NCBI GenBank assembly: GCA_965649825.1
Contig: OZ287695.1
Coordinates: forward strand, 1,725,288-1,789,287
DNA from: Penicillus capitatus
Lineage: Eukaryota; Plantae; Chlorophyta
Length of the DNA: 64,000 nucleotides
Direction of reading: 5' to 3'
The translations under genes were made by a program, and so were the position numbers. Shown here piece after piece: positions 36,466 to 49,900 of the stretch. Under the pieces are notes generated by a model. It had not been told where the DNA came from. It worked only from the letters and a program-made list of their open reading frames with translations, and did not search any database. Each line of letters opens with the position of its first letter. Positions within the stretch are counted from its first letter, which is position 1.

Positions 36466-39400
36466 ATGGGTGTTTCCGAAAGCGAAGATGAGCCTCTGGG
36501 CGAAGATCCCGTCGTCGATGAACAGGACCTCATGGCCGACGGTGCGTTCGTGCCATCGCATCTAAATCGACAGAACATAAGGTTCGGTGCAGATGACGAC
36601 GAAGACGGCTCTGTGGAAGATACAGACGAAGAGGAGGAAGATGTCGCCGCCTATGAAGACGATGGGTTCGTGGTCGATGAGGAAGAGGAAGAAGAGAGCG
36701 ACAATTCGACGGAGTCAAAGAGCAAAAAGACGAAGAGAAAAGGGAAGAAACGCAAACCGAAGGACCTCCACCTTGATGAAGACGATTACAACTTACTTGA
36801 AGAGAACAACGCCGTATGTGACAGCGATGTCTGCTGGGATATCTGTTATTCAGTCGTGTGGGGTGCTTTAGGGGCGTCATCGTGCCAAGGGAGGTCGTCG
36901 TTTGATAAAAGGAGATGCAGAAGAAGTGGGACGTTTGGATCTGCCGCGAACGAGAGAGACGCACAGTGGAGCTTGTTTCTGTTAATGAGTGAGAAAGTGT
37001 GATTGATGTGTCATGATAGGGTTTGCAGAGTTGGAGGACTTTCAGGACGATGACGAGGTGATGGAGTTTGAGTCGGAGGACGAAGAGGACGAAAGAATGA
37101 GATCGTTTGATCAAATGGAAGATCAGATGGAAATCGATGACTTCATCGTGGAGGACGAAATGGCTGATGAACGTCCACGTCCACGTTCCAGACGGCATCG
37201 TGAAAAAGCCAACTCGGCTGCGTATCAAGAAGCACTCCGAGTGAGAAATCCATCAAAGAAAATGAGATTTGAGTAATGTGTAATGATGCAGGAAGTGGAC
37301 GAGATCTTTGGTGAAGCATTCGGTCTGGTGGCAAAGTATGAAGAGGCTCAACGGAAACGCAGAGAAGAAGCCGATCCACGGTCGTCACTGGATGCTCTTT
37401 ATCAAGTAGGAGACAGCTGATTGCGTGTGCAGCACATCAGATGTGGAGATTTTCACGTGTGGCCAGGATGCTGATGGCAGTGGGTCACATCATCAAGCCT
37501 CTCAAAGAGCAAGTGTTGCCACTGCTTTGGACGACTACGACCCGGAAGCCCTAGCCATGCACTGTCTTCTGCCACGGGATGATACGATCCGTCGTACAGA
37601 TCTCCCCGAAAGATTTCAAGAGAGAATGGGTGCCGGTCCAAAAGTAGAACAAGATGATGTGACGGATGCGTGGTGGTGTCGCTCACCTCTTCTGTGCCTT
37701 GCTGAAGGAATTTGAATACCACCAGGCCGCAGAGTGGATCTACGATTGTCTCCTTGGATCCAACCAAAACACACCTGAGGCCGAGATCTTGGAAAATGGA
37801 CAGCTCGAAGTTGACGGTCCTTCTGCGGAAGAGAATTACTGCTCCAAATCTTCGGAAGCTCTGTGTGTGGGTCACAGGTATGCTTGACTGCAATTCTCTC
37901 TGCTCAATGGATCGATCGTCTTTGCAGAGTGGTGCGCTCCATTCGGGTCAGTGATCAGAAAGAGCAATGGAAACACGATGCCAAGGCACAAATAGAAATA
38001 AGGAGAATGATAGAGAACGTTTTGAAACATATCTACGAAGATCAGGAAGAGATTCCGTACATCGCTACCTACCGAAAGAAATCTTGCGGAGAACTGCTGT
38101 GCTTGGCAGCAGACGAAGTGCCCAACTGGACAACTCAGGAAGAATACAAGTAAGGATCATCGGATCGCTTTTAGGTGTGCGATAAAGTTCGTTTCCAGTG
38201 TCCATAAAGACGAAGGACTGCATTTTCCGCCTCCGGGTGCAGTGCAAGCGAAGAATATAAAGATGAAGAGATGGCAAGTGCTGTGGACCGTTTTCGAATT
38301 GAGCTTGAAATGGAGAAGGCTGCGTCTGCGAGTGGAAAAGAGGGTGGACGCTTTTCATGAATCGGAGAGTCTTCACTCGACAGAGCCTGAAGTTCTCTAT
38401 GCTATTCAGACATGCATCGATCAAATGCGAGACGCCATCACACCCGAAGTGGGGAGCCCCTCGCAAAATCATCCCTTCTTTGATGAAGAGTGCACGTTCT
38501 TAGGATGTGGACGTCGCAAACAGAAGATTTCGGCTGTTCATGGCCGCCCTGGGTAAGAAGCCCCCACCGAACGATATGGGATCTTCGAGTGACGTTCAGC
38601 GCTACTGTGCCTATTCCGACAGGGATTACCGAACAATCGTAGAAGGAATGGTATGCACCGTCTGTCTCCCGTCGCATGTCTGATTTCTGTTCTGGCAGGG
38701 AACACGTCCCTTTCTTGATATCGAGATAGGAAAGAACAACCAAGCAGACACCTCAGCTATGCCTCTCTGCTGCAGAGTCGATCTGGATGATGTGGTGGCT
38801 GATATCATGCAGAAGAACAAAGGAATCGTGGGAGTCGATGCCGTGCTTGTCGGTGCGCAACACATTGCTGCTATGGACCTTGCCTGCCATCCCTACATCC
38901 GATCTACAGCTCAACGACTCTTTGAAGTCTATGCGACTGTCACGACGATACCGACGGATCTTGGCGAAAAGGTTCCATATCGATATCCGAAGAATAAAAC
39001 GTCGATCTCTTTCTTAGGTGTTGGATCCATTCCATATGTATGGTACAATTAAGCGATTGGTCGACAAGCCGATCTCCAGTTTCAAGGGAGATATGTTTCT
39101 CAGAGTCATTGGAGCATTTCGTGGTGGCTATATTAAATACGCAGTGGAGATAAAGGAAGACGTGTTAAAAGTGCGTCTCCTTGCCAGTCAATGGCCGTCT
39201 TGATCGAAAGTGTGCAAACAGACGAAGATCTTGCCTGTTCTTATGGCAGAAGCACTGACGGGAGATTTGCGTCCGCTGTGCGAAGGATGGGAGAACTTTA
39301 GAAAAGATGTCATCGAACATCTGGCGAAATCGCATCTCTTCCCTGCCTTCGAAAAAGCAACTGTCCAAAAACTGAGTGAAAGAGCAAGAAGCTGCGTGCT

Positions 39401-41873
39401 GAATGGAATGGCAGAGAACCTGTGGAAGTTTGTCATTCAAGGACCCTTCAAACCGTCCATCGATGAGAACAACTATGAAGAACAAGAATCAATGGTTCGT
39501 GTTTGCGCTTGCTGCTGGGGACAGGGTGGAAAGGGGCAACCATCGACTGTACTGGTCATGCTCGATAACTTCGGCGAGCTAAAGGATACCATCGAGCTCA
39601 AGCAGTTCAGCGGGTTCTTTGAGCCACCCGCTTCACAAGATCCCTTCTTTGAGCCGCCAGATGTCTTGAAAGATGAGCGCAAGAAAGAAGACGCCCAACG
39701 CATTCGCGAATTCTTGATGGAGCACAAACCGAATGTCGTGGTCGTGGGTGGTGCGCATATGATTTGCCGGAAACTGGTGGAAGACTTGGAAGTCATCCGC
39801 GATCATTTTCTGACGGAGCATTCGCGTTTTATGGTCAGTATTCAAGGCCACATGGAAATCTTGTTGCTTTCTGAAATGCTGCCTGCGACGTGGGAGAACA
39901 GCCCAGCCGCAATGACGGAGTTTCCGGATCATACGGCTCATGTCAGAAGAGCTGTTGCCCTGGGTCGATGCCTGATCGATCCTCTCTCCGTCATGGCCTC
40001 ACTCAGAGACCACTTTAACACGATTCTCTCTGTGGGACTGAGCGATCTGCAGGAACTCATTATCAAAGAAGAAAGACTGGCGAGGATCGATCAGGTCATG
40101 GTCACTGCCATGAATCAACTTGGAGGAGAACTGAATCTCATGTCCAATATCCAGTGGCGTTTCCATGCCCTGCAGTTCATTGCTGGACTGGGCCGACGCA
40201 AAGCGCAAGGACTGCTGCGTTATATGAATTGCAATTCGAACAGAATCGAATCGCGACATCATCTTGCAGAGTCAGGGCAGATAGGTTCCACTGTCCTGAA
40301 GAACTGCATCGGATTTTTGCTGATTATGGATTCTGAACTCCCTGGTATGTCAAACATGGAGTTCGATCCACTGGACGAGACGCGCATCCATCTCGACCAC
40401 TACTCTCGTGCAAGAGAGATGGCAATGTTGGCCGTCGGAGCGCGTGATCCGGATGCCGCTTTGGTGGAATTGAGCGAGAAACCCTACGTTATTCGGAGCT
40501 TGGATCTCGATTGGTTCAATAAAGAAGGTATTGAGCAGGGCCGTGATGATGTCCTTTCCATTTTGATCGATGTGAGCATGGAGCTTTTCGTTCCGTGCAC
40601 CGATCGGCGTCCTCCATTCTCCAAACCGGATGAGTTGGAGGTTTTTTATATTCTGCTGAATGAGAAGGCTGAGACGATGAAGCCCGGAAAGCTGGTGGAA
40701 GCTGTCGTGCAGTCGGTTGACGAACACGAGCTTCAATGTTCTTTGATACCGAGTCAGCTGAAAGGAACGATCAAGAGAGAGCAGTTTAGTGGATCGGAGG
40801 ATGTGCAGCAGATCGATCTCAAGTCTCGGGTGCGTCGAGGTGACATCCTTTCTGCTCGACTGGTCGGCATCGAGTACAAGAATTTCCTCGTTGAACTCTC
40901 CTGCCGTTCGGTGGATTTGAAGAACGATGAACGATGGGAGCAAGAGTACTGCACCGATCCTTATTATCGTATCAAGACGGCGGCAGAGAGAGAACAGGAG
41001 CTGCTTTCGCGAACATCCAGGCAAGAGAAGCGCTTTGCCGCTCGCAGAATTGATCATCCGCTGTTCAAGAACATCTCCGAGGCGGAATGCGTTGATCTGC
41101 TGTCCCGGTCGCCTCCTGGTTATACCGTTTTGCGTCCCAGTCAGGAAGACCCTCATCTCATTATTGTCTCCTTCAATGCCTTCTCTGGAAAACATGGAGA
41201 CATCTATCTGCATCGAAGGCTGAAGGAAGGTCCCAAAGGAACCGTTCGCGGGACACAGATGAAACTGGGACTGCCACTGACAATGATGCTGACCAGCACG
41301 CGCTGTATGACCTTCGATGACCTGGATGAAGTCGTTCCCTGTTTTGTGGATCCCTACATCGATCGCGTGAAAGCCCTTAAGATGCACCGGAAATTCAAAG
41401 ATGGTTACACACAGGACGTGGATAACGCTGTGAATGAAGACAAGCGAAGGGCAGGTCCCAAAACGGCTGCCTATTGTCTGGGAGTTGACTATGCGCAACC
41501 TGGTTGCTACTATATCGCATCTCGGCTGAATATCAACGTCTGCAGGGAGTACTTTACCATTGTTCCCGATGGATACTCTTTCAGAAAACGTATCTTCCGT
41601 AATTTGGAATCCATGATCGGCGAATTCAAGGCCCACCCGCGACCTGTCCAGGTGATGAGAGCCGTAGATGACAGCAAAGGTGTTCAGCTGAGTGCGTGTT
41701 TGTTTGTGCAGGCACAGCCTCCTCCTCCCCTACCTCCGATCGGAGAAGCAAGCCCACCACCTGCAGCTGGATCTTCCTTTCCAGAAACCTCTCATGCCCC
41801 ACCGCCAGAAACGTCTCATGCCCCACCGCCTCGTGCAAATTCCGAATCCTCTGATGATGACATGCATTTCTGA
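36466..41873 (+). CDS. SPT6: Transcription elongation factor SPT6, multi-exon
   Basis: Acidic N-terminus (LDEDDYNLLEEN), EIPYIATYRK, YqgF-like domain, RRAVALGR..DPL, HhH LQFIAGLGRRKA, PLDETRIH..Y..AR, S1 domain, tandem SH2 (RRIDHPLFKN, FDDLDEV). Confidence 0.95.
41781..41828 (+). repeat. 24-bp coding tandem duplication (PETSHAPP x2) in the SPT6 tail
   Basis: ccagaaacctctcatgccccaccg followed by ccagaaacgtctcatgccccaccg. Confidence 0.8.
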
Positions 41874-41978
41874 TCATTCTTAAAAAATGCGGCACAGGGA
41901 TCCACTGCTTTTGACACAGAACAGCGCCATACGTATGGACATTAACCGTTCTCCCTGTCTCCACATTTTTGACGATCA

Positions 41979-42598
41979 TTAACGTCGAAGAAATGATCGC
42001 AGCATATCCAGAAGACTCTGTAGGACGCCATCGTCCAATGCAGCATGCCTCTAGATGACATCATGCCTCACAAGAACGGCGCATACATACATGATACGGG
42101 CACCTTTAGGTCTGGCAGGAGCAATCGGGCCTGTTCCACCGTTTCGGGCATCAGATTGCAGATCGTCGCAACTTCATACTGTGAGAGACCATAGCGATCA
42201 CAGGCTCTAGAAACAACAGGTCATCATCTGTCCTTCAGTATACGGTTCGATCAGCAACGCGAACGCACTCTCGCATTTGCAGCAACGTGGCAACCTCGTC
42301 TCCTTTCTTAAATCGGTCGACGTACTCCATTGTTTTCCGAAGCATTGGTGGAAGAGTCGCTTCAGGATCATGTTCCATCAGAGAGGATTCCAAACTCTTC
42401 AATGTCAGCGACACTTCGCCTAACGTCAGAATCTGTCCACCGCCAGCCACTAAGGACATAGCTTTTTATGTGGCGGTCTCGCAACGCGTTTATCGTACTT
42501 TCTCGCGGATCTTCATCTTTTGGGACGTCTTCCGCTCCGTCACGCGAACGCCGTTCGTCGGCGGACTTGAGAAATCGTTGAACGAGGTCGTGACTCAT
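41979..42598 (-). CDS. RPB4: RNA polymerase II subunit RPB4, 4 exons
   Basis: ILTLGEVSLTLK..LRKTMEYVDRF / YGLSQYEVATICNLMPETVEQARLLLPDL / LDDGVLQSLLDML; stop TAA 41979-41981. Confidence 0.85.
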
Positions 42599-42649
42599 CA
42601 CAGGGTATGTACGTTCGCAACTTTCAGTGTTTGTGATTTACTGCCAACG
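42599..42649. promoter_or_regulatory. Head-to-head junction of RPB4 and the CS-domain gene, 51 bp
   Basis: Inferred ATGs at 42598 (-) and 42650 (+). Confidence 0.4.
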
Positions 42650-43332
42650 ATGTCGGTCTCAGATAACAAAAACTCGTGGCGCACGTATCTGCTTGTTGGT
42701 GGCGTGTTGCTGTCAGGCGGTTTAGGGGCACTGGCGTTACGACGCTTCAAGAAACTGCCAGAGCGGTCTGCGGTAACCCGTCGGTTACTATGTTCTATCT
42801 GTCCACCTGTATTTTGGTCGGCGCTCGCGTCAGGGATGCGACGCAACGTCTTCCCGCGTAACGGAGCTTGACGAAAAAACAGAATTACCGCGAAGCGAAG
42901 AAAACAAGGAAAGAAACGGTAAGTGGCTTTACCATGATGGGCCGCGGATGTCGAGTAGAGGAATTGCGCAGATGCCATACGAGCACGTTACGCCTGTTCA
43001 AGCTGGACACAGTCTTTTGAGGAGGTGATGATTGAAATCCCAGTCGCTGCAGATGTGAAACGGGGGGATGTCGACTGCACATTCAAAACAAAGTCCTTAG
43101 CCGTCAGCATAAAAGAAAGGCCTCTTCTTGAAGGCCCACTCTATCAGTCTATCAGTCCAGATGATTGCTCATGGGAACTAGGTCCTCGTTTTGAGAGATA
43201 CTCGACGATGCGTTACAGAATTTTGTCGCAGATGGCGAAGGCGCGAGCAGGATGTTGACCATTTCTCTGATTAAGGGCGCATTTAATCTTGGCCAATGGA
43301 GTCAGATCCTGGTCGAAGAGGCAAGCGCCTAG
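42650..43332 (+). CDS. CS (NudC/p23-like) domain protein with N-terminal hydrophobic anchor, multi-exon
   Basis: WTQSFEEVMIEIPV..VKRGDVDCTFKTKSLAV..LLEGPLYQSISPDDCSWEL / DGE..MLTISLIK is the CS pattern; N-terminal YLLVGGVLLSGGLGALALRR. Confidence 0.75.
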
Positions 43333-44038
43333 ATTCTTCCAATAATAATGTGACACACAGACGCTGTATTTGAACCTCTGTTAACGGAACGGACACGTTA
43401 AAACCGTACGACGCACTGACGCATTGCCCTCGTAAGGAATGCGTCAGCAACTGATGAAGGTCGATGCATGCATGGATGCTAGCAGTTGCTGTCGTTTCAC
43501 TCTCATGTTATGAGCGAGAGCCGTTCGTGAGAGCCGGCAGCTCTGTCTCGGTTCATCGGGATAGCAGAAGGATCATCAGAATAGAGATTCTTAAAACTCT
43601 CAATGTGCGGATTCGAATGATCTGACCGACGACGTTTACGGCGTAAGTACTGCGACTGTACTCCGTGTCGGCGACGAGGATTTCGTCAACTTCGAAGATG
43701 TCATTTGATCTTACAGAACAGTACACAAACAAGCGCGAATCAAGCGCAACGACGCATAGAGAATGGCCAATCAGCCGAAAGAGAAGACGCTCGGGTTAAT
43801 GATCGAAAAATGCGAAAGGTGAGCATTGCTGGATTTCTGTATAGACGGTAACCGACAACCCATACAGTCTCGTTTTATATTCGCCGTACAGAAAAGCTTT
43901 GTCCTCGGCGACAGGGTAAAATCGAATTCGCCAAGCAAGAAGGTCCGACGATCAGAATGCGTCACATCGGGATATCATGGCGCCAAACAGAGATAGAAAC
44001 ATTCCGTGTTGACAAGACGGAAGCTGAGGCCGCGCTCT

Positions 44039-46984
44039 ATGGATAGATTCCGGTCAGTGCGCGAACTGTCGCCTGATGTGGCGGCTCAGATCTCCAGTGC
44101 ATCGTATATTCGTTCCTTGGCTCATGTCGTCGAAGAACTCGTTTCCAACGCTATCGATGCGGCGGCATCAAGCATCGACGTTCGATGCAATTGGCACGAA
44201 CAAAGCGTCTCTGTGACAGACAACGGATGTGGCATTCGGGCCTCAGATATCGACAAAATTGGAACGCTTCGGTGTACAAGCAAAGAATCGTCGTACACAA
44301 CGAAGCTTGGATTCAGAGGAATTGCTCTTTATGCACTTTGCCGCGTTGCTCGAGTACAGATCATAACGAAAGCGCGTGGGGAGGAAGGAATGTCGTCAAG
44401 CGAAGTTGTCGATGGATCGAGGATCGGTCGAGTATCGTATCTTCGCAGAAGAAGTGTCCCGGGGACAAAAATTGTTGTAACGCGATTTCTCTCGAGGTTT
44501 CCAGTCCGAAGACAATTCGCTCTGCAGACGAGGGAATCGAGAGGCCTGCTCGAAATCCGTGATCGGCTCCTAAGATTAGCGATGCCCTTTCCACAACTCT
44601 CGTTCACACTGCGCAATAGCTCAGACGGATCTCTACTGCTTAAGCTCTCGAAGGTGTCCGTCACATCAACAGTGCCTTGTCTGTTTTGCATTTCTGTTGT
44701 TAACGACAGGATCGTCATATCGAAGATGCCCTCCGTCCATTGTTCGGAGAATTGTTTACGTGTATAGTGCCCTTGTCTGTTTCCAAGGGGGGAGTGGAGA
44801 TCGCGGGGTATGTCAGTATGCCAGGCAGTGCAAACGTATCACCGCATCTTCGTTTGGTCTACGTCAATCGTCGGCTGATGGATATAGAAGAGATCAGAGA
44901 ATGGATGGATCAGATCTGGGCAATAGGAACCAGATTGTCACAGGGAAAAGCACAGTCCTCTGTCTACAAGCCAGCTTATGTATTGAACTTCTCGCTAGCA
45001 GCATCACTTTATACTGTCAGTGGCGATCCGCAGAAGTCTCGTGCCGTTCTCGTGGATGAAGGCGCCTTTCCCCTTGAAGTATTGAAAAGGGGACTGTGGA
45101 ATGCATGGAAAGGCGCCTATCCTTTGACTGTCCAAGAACTGTTGAAGAAACAGATGTTTCGTGAATCGAAAGAGAGAACTTCCGAAGTGGGAAAAGACTC
45201 TCATCGCAGAGAAGACTCGGAATCTGAAAGGCAGATGCCGACGAACGCACCCGAGAACAAGAAGAGGAGAAATGATCACTGTGTGCGTCATAGACTCGCC
45301 TCTAAGCGCAGGTCCTTGGCTACGAACAGTCTGCCTTACACTCAGCATGACATCCAGATGATGCTCAAATCAGAAAATCGCACAGAGCATGAAATGTATT
45401 ATTGCCAGACTCAAGAGAAACCGTATCCATTAGACGAAGACTTTACCAAGAGAGTTTCACAAAAAGTGGTCAGAGATAAAAGCCATCCAGTCGTCTCAGG
45501 GAGATATGTCGCGACAGAAGACGCGATAGAAGGTCCTGGAAGAGTAAATCCAAATGAAGAAGACACTGATTGCCCAGCAGAAGTCGATGTCATCTCAGCG
45601 ACATATGAACCCGAAAGCTTAAACAGTACTCGAAATCCCTCGCTCTATCTATCTGGATCTATTATAGATTTGCCACACTTAGCAGAGGAATGGTCTGCAG
45701 TCAGTGCTACAGAATGCAATAACAGCAATCAGGAAATCGTTGGCGATCCAGCTGGTTGTGATCAAGGCAATACAGTTGATCAGTCCGGAAACTGGGATAA
45801 CGGTCCGATCACTACTCAAGACGATCGTGCTCCATCTACACCGATAAGATTATTAAAAAATCCACAGCCACTGACAGAAGACAGCCGTCACGCGTCTTTA
45901 GATCGACCTTTTATTCAGTCCGCTCCGCCATTCTATAGACCCATCCAAAGGAACGTCCATCGCAACCCTCGCATTTCGATCAGATCTTACAGCACAGTCG
46001 ATAAGCCGTTTCCAGAATCTCCCATCCGACAAGAGTGGAGTCCGTCATCTATTGATGAGGAAGCAAAAGAAACGCAAAATCACACTGTACTTAGCAATGG
46101 CACAGCAGGATTATCACCCCACACGCTATATTCGATGCAGAGGAGACAACGACATCCCATCAGAGAGAGAAGAGTCCTGCTTCCCGGAACGGATATTAAC
46201 GTTTGGAATGCAGAGTGGAATCTAGGCATGCCTCCAGTTCACGATCTCTCTCGGCAGACCCCGTCGTTGCCGGTGTTTCTCGACCGAAAGATCTTGGAGA
46301 ATCCGCAATTGATTGGATCCGTCGTCAAGAAGTTTATCCTCATTCGATGCGGTCAACAGGTTCTGGCTGTCGACCAACACGCTGCAGACGAGCGTGTCAA
46401 ACTCGAGGAGTTAGAAGACTTCATTGAACAAGAACTGGAGAATGGCACTTTTTCAGTAGAACTAGAAAAACCAGTCACCATCCAACTCTCGTCAAACGAA
46501 GTTCAGGTTATCTCTTTCTGTTTATCTACATCTGTTAGCGCGAGTTCTCTGTCTGATTCAGGTGTTCCTTGAGTATGAAGAGACGATCAATCGATGGGGT
46601 TGGCGCGGAGCAGTCACTACGGAGCAAAAGAGCCTTGAGCTGTCACATCAACCGTACGTGCTAAAGAAACATTTCACAGCAACTGATCTACAGGTATGTC
46701 TTTGATTGATATGCCAAGGGGCAGACACTCGTTCTCAGGTATATCTTCAAGCTCTGGAGGCCACACTTGGGGCTGTGGGCTTACCGCCTTGTGTGCGTGA
46801 GTTATTAAAGTCGCGAGCTTGCCGCTCTGCTGTTGTGTTTGGCGACGATTTGACGGCGTCTGAACAGGATGCACTACTAAGGCGTCTCAAGCAAACGCGA
46901 TCTTGTTTTCAATGTGCACATGGGCGCCCGACAGTTATCCCCTTAGTCCACTTGCCCTCTCCGACGGAAAATCATTCAACATGA
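44039..46984 (+). CDS. MLH3: MutL homologue MLH3, multi-exon (an extra 5' exon near 43764-43819 is possible)
   Basis: VVEELVSNAIDA, VTDNGCGI, TSK, LGFRGIAL (GHKL ATPase); endonuclease motif DQHAADERVKLEEL; ACRSAVVFGD; FQCAHGRPT. Confidence 0.9.
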
Positions 46985-49900
46985 GTCGTAAGGAGGAATA
47001 CCACATGGTCCAATGCAGTTCAGGATACCGCCTATCAACCGTGGAAGACTTCAGTATGGCCTAAAGAAGACGCAGAAACGCCAATATGATCTGGAAGACT
47101 TTCCTGATATTTTATGGCACAAAAGATCGCGAAACTGAAAAAAGTGATTGTGCACCTCAGACATAGAGAGAACTCTTATTCTGAGTGGCAAGATAAGTGT
47201 ACAAACATATGCGTTTAGCAGTCAAACCTGTACCTCTAAGAGATTTCACACGTTTACTTTTCGATGGCACTATGTGCATCTATGTAGAATGCGATATCTG
47301 TATGCCCGATCGTTTCACATGTGCATCGGAAGCGCCATTTTGAATCCTCCTTTGACTTTCCGACCGACAGAAGTTTCGAACAAAGCCGCTCTCCTCTCAT
47401 GCAGACGCGAAATGGCAGATTTTACGGTAGACTGGCATAACAATAACACTCCGCGCGGCTGTTGTGCTTATAAAAGCACACGTCGTGCGAAGAATCTCAA
47501 TTTTGCTGCTGGTATCTGGAGACTAGCTCACCTTCATGTAATCATCTCGTGTCTCTGTGTTCCTTTCGTGAACGTCTCTCTAGCCGTCGTTCGCGTCATT
47601 TGCCGACTCCGATTTATGCAAAAAGTTTACAAGATTCCTTATAATTCACTGTCATCCAATCTCCCGAAACGAACGTTGCGATCTTTCATTTTGGACTCAG
47701 GTTTGTTAAAAAGAAAGATTGTCTTCGAGATGTCGAGAGAAACTTACCTTAAGAAGAGTTGTCACGAAAGTGAGAACGCCAATGTTCTTGCGATGATTCC
47801 GTTTCTGCAAGTAGTTGTTAGTTTTGCCGATACAACCACGGTTTTGATTGAGCAATGCGATGACAGTTGTCTCTCTAGGACGTTCAAAGAGTTCTTTGTG
47901 TCTATGCATCAAGGGTTTCGTAAAGTATTTGCCCGTGTGTTTAATGGCATTTCGTCAGCTACCCAATGCTTGACATGGTGCGGTCGCCGTAGAGTGAGAG
48001 GATCAGCGAGTTTCTCATTTTCGCTTAACGCTGCTGGTCAGTATGACTTGTTGCGATTAAAACATATGGAGCTCCGATAAAGAAATAGGTTGACCCGACT
48101 GCGAGAGAACGTAGCTTGAGGAGCGACTTTCGAAACAATCATGGCTCGGGTTGGTGATACTCAAAAGCAGGACGAAAGATGCTAACTAACGCACGCACGC
48201 ACGCACCAATGAAACTTTGACCGATTATTATCATTGAAAATTACACAGCGTCTTCTTGCTTAACATGTTTCTGGGAAACTTACACCTCTTCAGCGAGATA
48301 AAGAATGCGTATCAGTGCTCTGATGGACTGACTTCATCAAGATCCGGTGAATGTCTTTTGGCACCGTTCTCAGATTTCTTGATGGTGAACTTAGGAGAAG
48401 AAAAGTAACTATGGATCTTAAGGGAGAAACTTGAACATCTCTTTCTGCATTCTCCAAACTGAGAGCTTTCTTGTCTATCATTGGCTCATTGTCCGGGTAA
48501 ACGCGTTTGTTCTGTGCAAATCTAGTTCTTGGTGTTTTTCAGGTACAGGTTGCGATTTGGTGTAGACAAGCATGCTAAAGAACTCAGGCTACGTACTCGT
48601 ATATTTGTTCAAGACATTATACGTTATTCGAACAATCAAAGAGCCAGTTGGCAATCAGTCCGATTTGCAATCATTACCAATGACACTTTACAAAGCAAGC
48701 AGCTCTTTTTCGCGTCTTCCAAACAATAGCGGCGTTGTGCACTATGTGCGATTACTGCGTTAGATGCCTAGGCTTTCTTCATTGTCCAAAGTTCTTGGTT
48801 CGCCTACGTGTCATGTGCTTCGAAGTAAGTGAAACACAAATTATAAACAATGAAGTCGGGTTCCCTGGAAAGCCGTTTTCCTTTTGCTAATCCGAATGTC
48901 GTTGTTGCGTAAGATTGTCATTGAAGATATTTACTAGTAGCTTGATTAGGTTAGAACATGTTCTTCATTGGTCTTCGCTTCCTTCTTGCGTTTCTTAAAG
49001 ACGATGACGACTACTCGAACCCTTGAAGAGTTTTCACAGATCAGCTTGGAAGAGGTACTGGGCACGAAGTCCCCATTGCATTTAGCGACATGCCACTAGA
49101 AGAACGTGAGCAACTATTCTGGACCGTAAAGGCAGAGACAACACGCAGATTAAGGCAGAAGAGAACAACATGATGCAGCCCGAAATTCGTCCTTGTCTAC
49201 CATCGAACGGGGCTCGACAAGACAACAGAAGCGCACGTGTTCTCTCTCGCCAGAGGAGAGGAGACTCGGCAAGGGACATCTTGATGGTTAGAATAACGCA
49301 TATTGAATTATTATTGACACACTCTGCCGTCTGATCACGGTCCTTGAGGCCTTTGTAAGAATTACTTACCATCTCCCAGCCAGCACTGCATACTGCAACC
49401 ACAGCCTACCTACCGCAACCGCAGTGAGCCTCCTTAAAGGACATCGTTTGCCATCATTCACCCCACTCCTCTCTACCACCCAGCCACACTCTTGTAATGG
49501 AACGTAGACTTGACAGACACAGTTAGCACCGCTTCACAAGCCCCACCCAAACGCACGGAAGCAATTAGATGATATGGACTGGAAAGCAATCACCCGATCC
49601 ATCCACGTCTATAGACTGGAAACCGCTTTGGCATTTGCTACTTAGATAGTATAACATGACATGGGCTTAATGTGTAAGTACTTCTACCTCAACTTGGCAC
49701 TTCCCTTACTTTTCTGTTCTCCGCTAGTCTTTCGGTTGGGACTGTCCACCGAAGGAACACCAATTTACCATCTTTTCTTGATGAATTGGAGGGGGATGAA
49801 AAAAGGAAAAAAAACCAAAAAATCTCATAAATTAGGAAGCTTTATGATTAAAGAGTATCTTGGAATTCAGCTGTTCTGTTCGATTTCACTGGTGTTAAAT

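Noticed and set aside
40350-41636. 428-aa antisense ORF
   Set aside because: It is a shadow of the SPT6 coding strand with no independent motif.
13618-42598. Clustering of transcription/chromatin genes (SET2, ENT, SWIB, SPT6, RPB4)
   Set aside because: They are interleaved with unrelated genes and are a common functional class, so chance explains the pattern.
47148-48080. 310-aa ORF in the spacer
   Set aside because: It has a non-ATG (TTG) start, no recognisable motif and atypical composition; I cannot support it as a gene.
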